NCBI RefSeq assembly: GCF_000012905.2
Contig: NC_007494.2
Location: forward strand, 510,001-542,000
DNA length: 32,000 nt
Reading direction: 5' to 3'
Source of the DNA: Cereibacter sphaeroides 2.4.1
GTDB lineage: Bacteria > Pseudomonadota > Alphaproteobacteria > Rhodobacterales > Rhodobacteraceae
Shown here piece by piece: positions 1 through 9,246 of the stretch. The notes below the pieces were generated by a model. It was given only the letters and a program-made list of their open reading frames with translations. It was not told where the DNA came from and made no database searches. The translations under genes and the position numbers were made by a program. Numbering within the stretch: the stretch's first letter is position 1; each line of letters starts with the position of its first letter.

Positions 1-663
1 TATTCGGCCGCCCATCTGCGCGCGCTGGCCGACGTGCTGCTCGAGTTCCCGCATGTGCTGGTGATGACCGACGACATGTACGAGCATCTGCGCTACGACG
101 GCTGGGAATTCGCCACCATCGCGCAGGTCGAGCCGAAGCTCATGGACCGGGTGCTGACCTGCAACGGCGTGTCGAAGGCCTTCTCGATGACCGGCTGGCG
201 CATCGGCTATGCCGGGGGTCCGGCCGACATCATCAAGGCGATGGCCACGCTCCAGTCGCAATCGACCTCGAACCCCTCCTCGGTGAGCCAGGCCGCGGCG
301 CTCGCGGCCCTGACGGGGCCGATGGAGTTCCTGGCCGAGCGCAACGAGATCTTCCGCCAGCGGCGCGACCTGTGCCTCTCGGCGCTGAACCAGATCGAGG
401 GGCTGAGCTGCGTGCGCCCGAACGGCGCCTTCTACCTCTTCCCCTCCTGCGCGGGCATGATCGGCCGCACCCGTCCCGACGGGCGCAAGATCGAGACCGA
501 CACGGATTTCGTGATGTATCTCGTCGAGGAGGCGGGCGTGGCCGCGGTGCCGGGCAGCGCCTTCGGCCTCGCGCCCTACTTCCGCATCTCCTTTGCCACC
601 GACACCGAGCGGCTGCGCACCGCCTGCGAGCGGATCCGCGCGGCCTCGGCCCGGCTGACCTGA
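1..663 (+). CDS. Aspartate/aromatic (class I) aminotransferase, C-terminal part; the 5' end lies upstream of the window
   Basis: Frame 1 is open from base 1, so the GTG at 34 in the ORF track is internal. It has the PLP-lysine motif [13 protein letters not shown] and a C-terminal FRISFA motif typical of AspC/AatA-type enzymes. Stop codon at 661-663. Confidence 0.9.
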   Translation, partial: YSAAHLRALADVLLEFPHVLVMTDDMYEHLRYDGWEFATIAQVEPKLMDRVLTCNGVSKAFSMTGWRIGYAGGPADIIKAMATLQSQSTSNPSSVSQAAALAALTGPMEFLAERNEIFRQRRDLCLSALNQIEGLSCVRPNGAFYLFPSCAGMIGRTRPDGRKIETDTDFVMYLVEEAGVAAVPGSAFGLAPYFRISFATDTERLRTACERIRAASARLT

Positions 664-728
664 GGCCGGGCCCCACAGCGGCCCTGCCGGCAGCGGCGGG
701 CCCCAACCACGACAAGACGGAGACCGAC

Positions 729-1514
729 ATGGATCTGGGCATCAGAGGCAAGACGGCGCTGGTTCTGGGCGCGGGCGGGGGCCTCGGCGGCGCCATCGCC
801 CGCTCGCTCGCCCGCGAGGGCGCGCGGGTGGCGCTCGGCGACATCGACCTCGCCGCGGCCGAAGCCACCGCCGAGGCGATCCGGGCCGAGGGCGGCACGG
901 CGCTGCCGCTCGCCTGGGATCTGGCCGACCTCGGCGCCATCGAGACGAACGTGAGCCTGATCGAGGCCGAGCTGGGCCCGGTCGACATCCTCGTGAACAA
1001 CACGGGCGGGCCGAAGCCCTCGCCGATCGCCGGGCAGGAGGCCGCGCTCTGGCGCGCGAGCTTCGAGTCCATGGTGCTCTCGGTCATCTCCATCACCGAC
1101 CGCGTGCTGCCGGGCATGAAGGCCCGCAAATGGGGCCGCATCATCACCTCGACCTCGTCGGGCGTGGTGGCGCCGATCCCGAACCTCGGCCTGTCGAACG
1201 CGCTGCGCATCTCGCTCGTGGGCTGGTCGAAGACGCTCGCGCGCGAGGTGGGCCGCGACGGCATCACGGCCAACGTCGTGCTGCCCGGCCGCGTCGCCAC
1301 CAAGCGCATCACCTTCCTCGACGAGCAGAAGGCCGCGCGCGAAGGCCGGGCCGTGGCCGAAGTGGCCGCCGAGAGCGTGGCCTCGATCCCGCTCGGCCGC
1401 TATGGTCAGCCCGAGGAATATGGCGATGCCGTGGCCTTCCTCGCCTCGGCCCGCGCCTCCTACATCACCGGCAGCACCATCCGCATCGACGGCGGCCTGA
1501 TCGCCAGCGTCTGA
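729..1514 (+). CDS. Short-chain dehydrogenase/reductase (SDR, FabG-like oxidoreductase)
   Basis: Starting at ATG 729 gives [24 protein letters not shown], a Rossmann TGxxxGxG motif at the expected N-terminal position. NNTG and a C-terminal [11 protein letters not shown] motif are also present. ACGGAGA lies upstream as a Shine-Dalgarno (SD) candidate. The longer 372 start adds only Arg/Pro-rich junk. Confidence 0.9.
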   Translation: MDLGIRGKTALVLGAGGGLGGAIARSLAREGARVALGDIDLAAAEATAEAIRAEGGTALPLAWDLADLGAIETNVSLIEAELGPVDILVNNTGGPKPSPIAGQEAALWRASFESMVLSVISITDRVLPGMKARKWGRIITSTSSGVVAPIPNLGLSNALRISLVGWSKTLAREVGRDGITANVVLPGRVATKRITFLDEQKAAREGRAVAEVAAESVASIPLGRYGQPEEYGDAVAFLASARASYITGSTIRIDGGLIASV

Positions 1515-1530
1515 CCCCAAAGGAAACAGA

Positions 1531-2253
1531 ATGACCACCGACACCGCCAAGGAACAGGCCCTGATCGAGGCGCTGCGCGGCGTGACCACCGCGACGCTCA
1601 CCACCGTCCTTCTGAAGAAGGGCCTGCGCAACGTCTGGATGCGCGGCGCCATGCCGCTCGAGCCCGGCCAGCCGCGCATCGTGGGCCGCGCCTTCACCCT
1701 GCGCTTCGTGCCCGCCCGCGAAGACCTCGCCACCCCGGCCAGCTGGTCCTCGCCGATCTCGACCCGCGCCGCCATCGAGGCGATGCCCGAAGGCTGCATC
1801 TGCGTCGTCGATGCGATGGGCATCACCGATGCGGGGATCTTCGGCGACATCCTCTGCGCGCGGATGAAGAAGCGCGGCGTGGCGGCCCTCGTGACCGACG
1901 GGGTCGTGCGCGACGTGGCGGGCGTGCGCGGCACGGGCCTGCCGGTCTGGTGCGCGGGCGTGGCCGCTCCGCCCTCGGTCGCGGGCCTGACCTTCGTGGC
2001 CTGGGAGCAGCCGGTGGGCTGCGGCGGCGTGGCCGTCTTCCCGGGCGACATGGTGGTGATCGACGACGATGGCGCCGTGCTGATCCCGGCCGATCTGGTC
2101 GAGGCCGTGACCGAGGAATCGGTCGAGCAGGAGCGTCTCGAGGGCTGGATCATGACTCAGGTCGAGGCGGGCGTGCCGCTGCCGGGCCTCTATCCCGCCA
2201 ATGCCGAGAACAAGGCCAGGTACGAGGCCTGGAAGGCGCAGTCGGGCCAGTGA
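1531..2253 (+). CDS. RraA-family protein (4-hydroxy-4-methyl-2-oxoglutarate aldolase / oxaloacetate decarboxylase-like)
   Basis: 240 aa with an AAGGAA SD upstream of the ATG. It has the RraA-like core (VVDAMG...AGIFGDILCARMKKRGVAALVTDGVVRD). Confidence 0.8.
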   Translation: MTTDTAKEQALIEALRGVTTATLTTVLLKKGLRNVWMRGAMPLEPGQPRIVGRAFTLRFVPAREDLATPASWSSPISTRAAIEAMPEGCICVVDAMGITDAGIFGDILCARMKKRGVAALVTDGVVRDVAGVRGTGLPVWCAGVAAPPSVAGLTFVAWEQPVGCGGVAVFPGDMVVIDDDGAVLIPADLVEAVTEESVEQERLEGWIMTQVEAGVPLPGLYPANAENKARYEAWKAQSGQ

Positions 2254-2258
2254 TCTTC

Positions 2259-2280
2259 GGCGGGGCCGCGAGGGCCCGCC
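2259..2280 (+). terminator. GC-rich stem-loop just after the RraA-like gene (possible intrinsic terminator)
   Basis: GGCGGG(G)CC-GCGA-GG(G)CCCGCC forms 6 bp + a G.G mismatch + 2 bp closing a GNRA-type GCGA tetraloop. It starts 6 nt after the stop at 2251-2253 and is followed only by TT, so the U-tract is weak. Confidence 0.35.
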
Positions 2281-2347
2281 TTCCGTCTCCCCACTCCCCG
2301 GGCAAGGGCTCGTCCCTGCCCGGGGCCTTTTGTGAAAGGCTCTCCCC

Positions 2348-3289
2348 ATGTCGCGGATCGCGCTTGTCACCCGTCTGTCGCCCGAGGCCGAGGCCCATTG
2401 GGCGGGCCATCTCGCCCGCGCCCTGCCCGGCGAGCGGATCGACGGCTTCCGCGAGCTGAGCCCCGCCGAGCGGGCCGAGGTGGACATCGCCATCGTGGCC
2501 AATCCCGACCCGGCCGATCTGGCCGAGCTTCCGAACCTCGTCTGGATCCACAGCCTCTGGGCCGGGGTCGAGCGGCTGGTGGCCGAACTGGGCCATCTCG
2601 CGCGCCCCATCGTGCGGCTCGTCGACCCCGAGCTCGCCCGCACCATGGCCGAGGCGGCTTTGGCCTGGACCTATTATCTCTTCCGCGACATGCCGGCCTA
2701 TGCCGCCCAGCAGCGCGCCCGCGTCTGGAAGGGGCTGCCCTACAAACGCCCCGAGCGCACGACAGTGGGCGTGCTGGGCTTGGGCGAACTCGGGGCGGCG
2801 GCGGCCCTCCGGCTCCGCGACGCGGGCTTCGACGTCCATGGCTGGAGCCGGTCGCCCAAGGAGATCGCGGGTGTGACCTGCCATGCCGGCGAAGAAACGC
2901 TCGAGCGGATGCTGGGGCAGGTCGAGATCCTCGTCTGCCTCCTGCCGCTCACGGGCGAAACGCGGGGGCTTCTCGATGCGCGCCGGCTGGCGTGCCTGCC
3001 CGAGGGAGCGCAGATCGTCAACTTCGCCCGCGGCCCGATCCTCGACAGCGCGGCGCTGATCGAAGCACTCGACAGCGGCCGGATCGGCCATGCGGTGCTC
3101 GACGTGTTCGAGGTCGAGCCCCTGCCCGAGGCCTCGCCCTTCTGGGGCCATCCGAAGGTGACCGTGCTGCCGCATATCTCAGCCGCCACCGACCCCGAGA
3201 CCGCCTCGGCCATCGTGGGCGCGCATGTGGCCGACTACCGCGCGACCGGCCGTATCCCGCCCTCGGTCGATCTCACCCGCGGCTACTGA
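2348..3289 (+). CDS. D-isomer-specific 2-hydroxyacid dehydrogenase (glyoxylate/hydroxypyruvate reductase A-like)
   Basis: 313 aa. It has the NAD-binding motif VGVLGLGELGAAAA, a C-terminal HPKVTVLPHISA motif (catalytic His region) and a GhrA-like N-terminus. Confidence 0.85.
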   Translation: MSRIALVTRLSPEAEAHWAGHLARALPGERIDGFRELSPAERAEVDIAIVANPDPADLAELPNLVWIHSLWAGVERLVAELGHLARPIVRLVDPELARTMAEAALAWTYYLFRDMPAYAAQQRARVWKGLPYKRPERTTVGVLGLGELGAAAALRLRDAGFDVHGWSRSPKEIAGVTCHAGEETLERMLGQVEILVCLLPLTGETRGLLDARRLACLPEGAQIVNFARGPILDSAALIEALDSGRIGHAVLDVFEVEPLPEASPFWGHPKVTVLPHISAATDPETASAIVGAHVADYRATGRIPPSVDLTRGY

Positions 3290-3516
3290 AAGGCGGCCCG
3301 CGCCCCGCCCCGGCGAGCCCGGGGCGCAGGCTCCGGTTCAGCAGCAGGCGGGTGTTTCGAGAGCTTTCCGGCAAAGGCGCCCCCCGGGATGAGGCCCCGG
3401 CTTTCCACCGGGACAAGCCGCCGAATCGCGCCGGACCCGGAGCGGTTTCCGGGGGTGGCTTGCGTTCCAAGACGCCCGTCCGGCAATCCACCCGCTCTGC
3501 CTCACGCCCTTCCCGC

Positions 3517-4482
3517 TCAGGCGGGGCGGGCGCCGATCAGGCTGCGGCGATCGAGCACGCAATGGACGCCCTTCTGCCCGTTCACCGCCTGCGTGATCCG
3601 CAGGTCGGCGCAGAGGCTCGCGTGCCGCCAGGCCTCGGTGCGGGTGAGGCCCGTCTGCGCGCAGATCCAGTCGAGCATCCGGGCGGTCGCATCGCGTGCG
3701 GCCCCGTCGAGCGTCTCGTGAAAGCCCATGGTCACGATCAGATCGCCCAGCTCGATCTCGGGGGCGGCGGGCGCCGTGCCCTTTTCGAGCGTGAAGCGGA
3801 AGCGGCCGGTCAGTGCCGTTTCGAGCGCGGTGTCGCAGACCTCGCCGTCGCCCTGCAGCGCATGACCGTCGCCCGCAAAGAACAGCGCGCCCGCGCAGAA
3901 GACCGGGAAGGAGATCCGCGCGCCCTGCCGGAAGAAGCGGTTGTCCACATTGCCGCCGAAGGGTCCGGGCGGAACCGAGCTGACCCGGCCGCCCTCGGGC
4001 GGCGGCGCCACGGCGAGGATGCCGAAGAAGGGCGCCAGCGCCACCTCGGGGCCCCAGGGCAGGCGCGCGCTGCGGCGCGCCCGGTCGATGGGGACGACGA
4101 GGCTCTCGTAGGCGGGCGCGAGGTCGGGGAAGATCCCGAAGCCGGGCTCGATGGCGCTCCAGCCCCAGTCCTGCGCGAGCGTAATCTCCTCGATCTCGAC
4201 CACCAGCCGGTCGCCGGGCTCGGCCCCCGCGATATGGACCGGCCCCGTCAGCATGTGGGGCCCGAGATGGGGCACCTGCGCCTCCATCACCGCGCGGTGG
4301 CTGGCCAGCACCCGGCAGGGGTGGCCCTCGGGCGGCAGATTGCGCGGGCCGCCCGAGAGGGTCTCGATCACCGCCCGCTCGCCCGGCGCGAGCTGCAGCA
4401 CGGGGGCGGCGGCGGGATCGAGATGGCCCCACGAGACGGTCGCGGGCGAGGCGGGAAGGTGGTGGTCCAGAGGGCGCTCCAT
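3517..4482 (-). CDS. Acetamidase/formamidase family amidohydrolase
   Basis: 321 aa. The N-terminal region (TVSWGHLDP...PVLQLAPGERAVIETL, then GPHMLTGPVHIAGAEPGDRLVVEI) is typical of the FmdA/AmdA family. It is the last gene of the minus-strand operon. Confidence 0.85.
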   Translation of the reverse strand: MERPLDHHLPASPATVSWGHLDPAAAPVLQLAPGERAVIETLSGGPRNLPPEGHPCRVLASHRAVMEAQVPHLGPHMLTGPVHIAGAEPGDRLVVEIEEITLAQDWGWSAIEPGFGIFPDLAPAYESLVVPIDRARRSARLPWGPEVALAPFFGILAVAPPPEGGRVSSVPPGPFGGNVDNRFFRQGARISFPVFCAGALFFAGDGHALQGDGEVCDTALETALTGRFRFTLEKGTAPAAPEIELGDLIVTMGFHETLDGAARDATARMLDWICAQTGLTRTEAWRHASLCADLRITQAVNGQKGVHCVLDRRSLIGARPA

Positions 4483-4493
4483 CGGCGGAAGGG

Positions 4494-5678
4494 TCAGCGC
4501 ACCCTCATCTGTCTGGGCAGGGTCGACAAGACCTCGATGCCGGTTTCGGTGAGGATCACCGTCTCGGAAGCGCCGACCGTATAGTCGCCGTAGCTGCGCA
4601 GCGTCGCGGGCAGGTGGAAAACCATGCCTGGCTCCAGCAGGCGATCCACGCCGGTGAAGAGCGACAGGATCGCCCCCTCGCCCCAGTCGGGCGCGAAGGC
4701 CGCGCCCATCGAATAGCCGATGCGTTTGCGGAAGGCGGCCGTATAGCCCGCGGCATCGATCACCGCCTGCGCGGCCTCGTGCGGCGCCGCGCAGGGCGCG
4801 CCGGGGCGCAGGGCCGCCAGCGCCGCATCGAGCGCGCGCTCGGCCGTGTCCATCATGCGCGCGGCCTCGGCGGGCGGCGGGCCGATCCAGACGCTGCGCA
4901 TGAGCGCCGCGTGATAGCGGTCGTGACTCGCGGCGAGTTCGAGGAAGACCCCGTCGCCGGGTTCGAGCAGCCGCCGCCGCCAGGTCGCATGGGGCACGCC
5001 CGAGCGCGGCCCCGAGGAGACGAGCGGCTCCATCGCCATGGCTTCGGAGCCCGCGCGGATCGCGGCCCCCATCATGGCGGCGGCCACCTCGTTCTCGCTG
5101 ACGCCCGCGCGGCAGGCCTCGATCGAAGCGGCAATGGCGGCCTCGGCATAGCCCGCGGCCTTGCGGATCGCGGACTGCTCGGCCGGCGATTTCACCGCGC
5201 GCAGCCGCTCCGCCACACCCGACCCGTCGATCAGCGCCACGCCGGCAAGGGCCTGGGCGATGCGCTCGGACAGGTCCTGACCGATGAACCAGGCGCCGCG
5301 CTCCATGGCGATGCGCCCGAGGCCCAGATCCCGCACAAGGCTGCCGAGCGCCGCGGCCGGGTCCTCGCCGTCCTGCCAGGCGCGGATGTCGGCGAGCCAG
5401 GTCGAGGCCCGCGCGCCCGTCGTCTCGAGCTGGCGCACGAGGAGCACGGGTGCCCCCTCGACCGGCACCACGAGGGCCTGAAAGGCGAAATAGCCCGCCG
5501 TCTGCCGCCCCGTGGCCCAGAAGATGTTCTCCGGTCCGAGCAGCACCAGCGCATCGGCGCCGAGATCCGCCGTGGCCGCCTGCAGCCGCGCGATGCGGCC
5601 TTCGAATTCGGCGGCCGGGAAAACCGCATCACGGCCGCGGAGCGGGTCGGCCGCGGTGTCTGCCGGGAGTGTCGACAT
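4494..5678 (-). CDS. M24-family protein, creatinase / Xaa-Pro peptidase-like (pita-bread fold)
   Basis: 394 aa with a creatinase/prolidase N-domain followed by an M24 C-domain (KSPAEQSAIRKAA..., GDGVFLEL..., MVFHL..., ETVILTETG). By-eye alignment suggests several canonical metal ligands are replaced (see findings). Confidence 0.85.
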   Translation of the reverse strand: MSTLPADTAADPLRGRDAVFPAAEFEGRIARLQAATADLGADALVLLGPENIFWATGRQTAGYFAFQALVVPVEGAPVLLVRQLETTGARASTWLADIRAWQDGEDPAAALGSLVRDLGLGRIAMERGAWFIGQDLSERIAQALAGVALIDGSGVAERLRAVKSPAEQSAIRKAAGYAEAAIAASIEACRAGVSENEVAAAMMGAAIRAGSEAMAMEPLVSSGPRSGVPHATWRRRLLEPGDGVFLELAASHDRYHAALMRSVWIGPPPAEAARMMDTAERALDAALAALRPGAPCAAPHEAAQAVIDAAGYTAAFRKRIGYSMGAAFAPDWGEGAILSLFTGVDRLLEPGMVFHLPATLRSYGDYTVGASETVILTETGIEVLSTLPRQMRVR

Positions 5679-5682
5679 CGGA

Positions 5683-6318
5683 TTAGTCCTTGTTGAGCCA
5701 GCCCAGCGTGCGGGCGCGCATGCGGTCGAAATGAAGCGCCATGGCGGCCGCGGCGGCCTCGGCGTCGCGGCCGGCGATCGCGTCGATCACCGCGATATGT
5801 TCCCGCGCCTGATCGGCAAAGTTGGTGTGGGTGCGGATGATGGTGCTGCGCCGCACGATGGCGCGCTGCTCGGCGAGAAGCCCCGGCAGGAGCGTGAGCC
5901 CCGCCGCCAGCGCCACCGCCCGGTGGAAGATGCCGTCATCCTGCCAGAAGCTCTCGAAATCCATCGCCCCCGCGCCGAGATAGCGCAGCTGCGCCTCGCG
6001 CGCGGCCTCGAGCTCGGGCGTGAGGCCGAAGCCCGCAGCCCTGCGCGCAGCGGCGCGTTCGAGGATCAGCCGGAGCTGGATGATGTCGAGCAGCTGCTCG
6101 ACCGAGACGAGACGCACCAGCAGCGTGCCGTTCACCATCCGCTCGATCACCTGCTCGCGCTCGAGCACCGACAAAGCCGAGCGCAGCGGCGTGCGCGAGA
6201 TGCCCAGCCGCTCGGCCAGCTCGCGCTCGGTCAGGATGGTGTTGGGCGCGATCCGCCCCTCGAGAATATCCTCGCGGAGGCGGCGGTAGGCGCTGTGCGA
6301 GAGCGTCTCGGAACTCAT
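5683..6318 (-). CDS. GntR-family transcriptional regulator (FadR/FCD subfamily)
   Basis: 211 aa with the N-terminal winged HTH motif LTERELAERLGISRTPLRSALSVLEREQVIE and an all-helical C-terminal domain. Its start ATG (6316-6318) overlaps the stop of the upstream M20 gene (ATGA). Confidence 0.9.
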   Translation of the reverse strand: MSSETLSHSAYRRLREDILEGRIAPNTILTERELAERLGISRTPLRSALSVLEREQVIERMVNGTLLVRLVSVEQLLDIIQLRLILERAAARRAAGFGLTPELEAAREAQLRYLGAGAMDFESFWQDDGIFHRAVALAAGLTLLPGLLAEQRAIVRRSTIIRTHTNFADQAREHIAVIDAIAGRDAEAAAAAMALHFDRMRARTLGWLNKD

Positions 6319-7595
6319 GGGGAGCCGTTCCCCGACAGCGCGGCGAAGACGGCTTCTACCGCGCGGGCGAGGTCGGCCGGATCCATCCCCTCGTCGGGGC
6401 AGTGGCTGCCGTTCCAGTTGCGGATGAAGACCATGACGCTGTCCCAGCCGGCGCTGGCGAAGGCCGCCGCATCGTGGCCACCGCCCGAGAGCATCCGGCG
6501 CGGCTGATCGCCCCGGCGCGCGGCGCCGCCCGCCACCCAGTCGATCATCGCAGGCGACAGGCGCGCAGGCTGGCTGCGGCTCTGGGTGCCCAGATCGAAG
6601 CGGATGCCGGGCCGCTCGGTCTCGATGCGGCGGATCTCCTCGCGCAGCACCCGGTCGGCCGCCTCCAGCACCGTCACATCCTCGGAGCGCAGGTCGAGGC
6701 AGAAGGCGAGCTCGCCCGGCACCTTGGCCATGGCATGGGCGGGCGAGGCCGCATCGACCTTGCCGAAGGTCACGGTGAGGTCCGCGCCGCGCGAAAGGAA
6801 CGTCTCCCAGGCGCGGTCCATCGCCATGACCAGATCGGCGAAGGCCACCACCGCGTCGGCGCGGCCCTCACGCGGCGCACCGCCGGAATGGGCCCAGGTG
6901 CCATGCACCTCGGCGGCGCGGTAACGCAGCCCGCCGCGGATGGCCGAGACGATGCCGTAGGGCTCGCCCGCCCGGTCGAGGACGGGGCCCTGCTCGATAT
7001 GGAACTCGAGGAAGCGCGCGGGCTTCGGCGGTTCGGCCCGCATCAGCGCGTCGGGGTCGAAGCCCTGCTCGCGCATGTGCTCGGCCAGCGTCCGGCCGGT
7101 GTCGACGCGGAGCGCCTCGAGCTCTTCGGGCAGGAGCCGGCCGAGCGCCGCGCGCGAGCCGATATAGGAGACGGGGAACCAGACGCTCTCCTCGGCCCGC
7201 GTCACGGTCAGGACGAAATCGGCCTCGGGCGTGACGCCCGCCTCGCGCATGGCCGCGACGAGGGCCAGCGCCGCGGCCACGCCCGCCTGCCCGTCGAAGG
7301 CGCCGCCCTCGGCCACCGTGTCGAGGTGCGAGCCGCAATGGAGCGCCGGAAGGCTCGGGTCGCGCCCCTCCATCCGGGCGAAGAGGTTGCCGGCATGATC
7401 GCGGCTGACGCTCATGCCGAGCGCGCGGGCCTCGGCCTCGATCAGCGCATGGGCATGGCTTTCCAGATCGGAATAGGAGGGGCGGGTCCAGCCGGGGCCG
7501 CCCTCGGAAAGCGCGTTCACCTCGGCCAGCACCCGGTCGATGGTGCTGCGGATGGCGCGGGCGGGGGCGTCCTCAGCCAGGGGCAGATCGGTCAT
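6315..7595 (-). CDS. M20-family Zn-dependent amidohydrolase (allantoate amidohydrolase / N-carbamoyl-L-amino-acid hydrolase family)
   Basis: An internal ATG at 7593-7595 gives MTDLPLAEDAP..., 426 aa. Motifs include GSHLDTV, GAFDGQAGV, EFHIEQGPVL and SGGGHDA. The 793-aa ORF in the track is a run-on into the upstream gene's alternate frame. Confidence 0.85.
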   Translation of the reverse strand: MTDLPLAEDAPARAIRSTIDRVLAEVNALSEGGPGWTRPSYSDLESHAHALIEAEARALGMSVSRDHAGNLFARMEGRDPSLPALHCGSHLDTVAEGGAFDGQAGVAAALALVAAMREAGVTPEADFVLTVTRAEESVWFPVSYIGSRAALGRLLPEELEALRVDTGRTLAEHMREQGFDPDALMRAEPPKPARFLEFHIEQGPVLDRAGEPYGIVSAIRGGLRYRAAEVHGTWAHSGGAPREGRADAVVAFADLVMAMDRAWETFLSRGADLTVTFGKVDAASPAHAMAKVPGELAFCLDLRSEDVTVLEAADRVLREEIRRIETERPGIRFDLGTQSRSQPARLSPAMIDWVAGGAARRGDQPRRMLSGGGHDAAAFASAGWDSVMVFIRNWNGSHCPDEGMDPADLARAVEAVFAALSGNGSP

Positions 7596-8587
7596 GCTTG
7601 GGTCCCTCCGACCTCGGTTGCGGCGGACGCGGGGCTGCGGGATTCCACGCGCCAGACGTCGGGGTTGATCGCGGTCTCGGGCAGACGGCCCTCGAGCGCG
7701 GTGATGACATGGCGCACGGCCTCGAGGGCCACGCGGCGGAGCGCCTCCTCGGTCGTGCCACCGAGATGGGGCGTGAAGACCACGTTGCCGTGCGCGGCCA
7801 GCGGGCCCGAGGGCGCGCCGGGCGAGCAGACGTCGAGCCCCGCGCCGCCGAGATGGCCAGAGGCCACCGCTTCGAGCAGCGCCGCCTCGTCCACGAGGCC
7901 CGCGCGGGCCATGTTGATAAGGATGGCGCCCGGCCGCATGGCGGCAAAGGCGCGCGCATCCATCATGTGGTGGGTCTCGGGGCGGAGCGGCGTGTGGAGC
8001 GACACGAGGTCGGCCGCGGCCAGCCCTTCGGCAAGGCTCGCCACCCGCTCGCCCCCCTCGATCCGCGGCACGCGCGGCGAATGGACGAGGAGGCGCATGT
8101 CGAAGGCCTGCGCCAGCATCCGCCCGGTCTCGCGGCCGCTGGCCCCCCAGCCCACGACCAGCGCGGTGCGCCCCCGCAGTTCCGAGAAGCGGGCGGATTC
8201 GCGAAAGCCCGTCTTCCCCTCCCGCAGGGCGCGGTCGGCGGCGGGGATGCGGCGGGCCACCGCAAGCGCGAGGCCCACGGCCAGTTCGGCCACCGAGCGC
8301 GCGTTGGCGCCCGGGGTGTTGGCCACGACCACGCCCCTGCGCGCCGCGGCCTCCTTGTCCACCGGATCGTGGCCCGCGCCATGGACCACCACCGCCCGGA
8401 GCCGGTCGCCCGCGGCGAAGGCCGCGGCATCGAGGCCCGCGTCGCGGGTGATGACGGCGTCGATGCCGGCCATGTGGCGCGCCACCGTCGCCATGTCGGG
8501 CGCCGGGCAGAGGATGGGCGCGATCCCGGCCGCGCGCAGGGCGGCGAGACCCGCTTCGTGGATGGGTTGGACGATCAGACAGTTCAT
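7592..8587 (-). CDS. D-isomer-specific 2-hydroxyacid dehydrogenase (phosphoglycerate dehydrogenase-like)
   Basis: ATG at 8585-8587 gives MNCLIVQPIHEAG..., 331 aa. It has the NAD-binding motif ALVVGWGASGRETG, and the INMARAGLVDE and TPHLGGTTEEA motifs. Both its start and its stop overlap the neighbouring genes by 4 nt. Confidence 0.85.
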   Translation of the reverse strand: MNCLIVQPIHEAGLAALRAAGIAPILCPAPDMATVARHMAGIDAVITRDAGLDAAAFAAGDRLRAVVVHGAGHDPVDKEAAARRGVVVANTPGANARSVAELAVGLALAVARRIPAADRALREGKTGFRESARFSELRGRTALVVGWGASGRETGRMLAQAFDMRLLVHSPRVPRIEGGERVASLAEGLAAADLVSLHTPLRPETHHMMDARAFAAMRPGAILINMARAGLVDEAALLEAVASGHLGGAGLDVCSPGAPSGPLAAHGNVVFTPHLGGTTEEALRRVALEAVRHVITALEGRLPETAINPDVWRVESRSPASAATEVGGTQA

Positions 8588-9246
8588 GAGGCACTCGCGG
8601 AAGCGGTCGCCGCGGCAGCGCGGCGCAGACGGAGGAGCACGGCGTCGCGCGCATGTTCGAGATGGGCCCGCAGCCCAGCCTCGACCGCGTCGGCATTGCC
8701 GCTGCGCACGGCTTCGAGGATCTCCAGATGTTCCTCGCAGCCGCGCAGGAACCGTTCGGGCACCTGAGTGTGGTCGAAGATGCAGGTGCGCCGATGCAGC
8801 GTGGCCACCGTCTGGGCCACGGCCTGATTGCCGAACTCGCGCCCGAGCAGGTGGTGGAACTCGTAGTCGGTCTGGCGCTGGAGATCGTTGACCGCAGGGT
8901 CCGACGCCATCAGGAGGCGCACGCGCTCCTCCATCGCATCGACCTGAGCCGGCGGCAGCCGCACCGCCGAGCGTGCCGCGAGCGGCTCGAGCTCCAGCCG
9001 GAGGAAGAAGACCTCCTCGACATCGGCGGCCGTCACGCTGCGCACGCAGGTGAAGCGGCCCTCGACGACGGCGAGGCCCTCGCTCTCCAGCCGCTTGATC
9101 GCCTCGCGCACGGGGGTGCGCGACATGCCGAAGACCTCGCCCAGGGCGGCCTCCTGCAACAGGTCGCCCGATTTCAGCGCGCCTTCGAAGATCATCGAGA
9201 TGATGCGCTGATAGGCCTCGTGGGCGAGCGGTCTGGGGGCACTCAT
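8584..9246 (-). CDS. GntR-family transcriptional regulator (FCD subfamily)
   Basis: HTH motif LQEAALGEVFGMSRTPVREAIKRLESEGLAV. The start is taken at ATG 9244-9246 (MSAPRPL...), with GGAGGA 6 nt upstream. An alternative ATG lies at 9250-9252. The longer ORF up to 9702 runs antisense or out of frame through pxpC. Confidence 0.85.
   Translation of the reverse strand: MSAPRPLAHEAYQRIISMIFEGALKSGDLLQEAALGEVFGMSRTPVREAIKRLESEGLAVVEGRFTCVRSVTAADVEEVFFLRLELEPLAARSAVRLPPAQVDAMEERVRLLMASDPAVNDLQRQTDYEFHHLLGREFGNQAVAQTVATLHRRTCIFDHTQVPERFLRGCEEHLEILEAVRSGNADAVEAGLRAHLEHARDAVLLRLRRAAAATASASAS

Noticed and set aside
233-2646. Long ORFs opposite to or out of frame with the first three genes: 233-1312(-), 576-2153(-), 1465-2646(-), 372-1514(+) N-terminal part, 1130-1534(+).
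   Set aside because: Their translations are dominated by Arg/Pro/Gly/Ala/Ser runs, which is typical of wrong-frame reading of ~70% GC DNA. Each is fully covered by a frame with clear family motifs (aminotransferase, SDR, RraA).
3290-3516. A 227-nt convergent spacer between the GhrA-like gene and the acetamidase gene, including an 8-bp hairpin CGCCCCGG-cgagc-CCGGGGCG at 3306-3326 and small ORFs (67-110 aa).
   Set aside because: The hairpin has no flanking T/A tracts on either strand, and similar GC stems arise by chance at this GC content. The small ORFs are Arg/Pro/Gly-rich with no SD. It is not reported as a feature, though it may act as a bidirectional terminator.
2332-4584. A 750-aa plus-strand ORF spanning the GhrA-like gene and the acetamidase antisense strand, plus 3338-4432(-), 2150-3175(-) and similar.
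   Set aside because: They have no recognisable domains and extreme Arg/Pro/Gly content. They overlap well-supported genes in other frames or on the other strand.
6402-8891. An 829-aa plus-strand ORF and other antisense ORFs across the M20/dehydrogenase/GntR genes.
   Set aside because: They run antisense to three motif-bearing genes, have low-complexity Ala/Arg/Gly/Pro composition, and show no start context.
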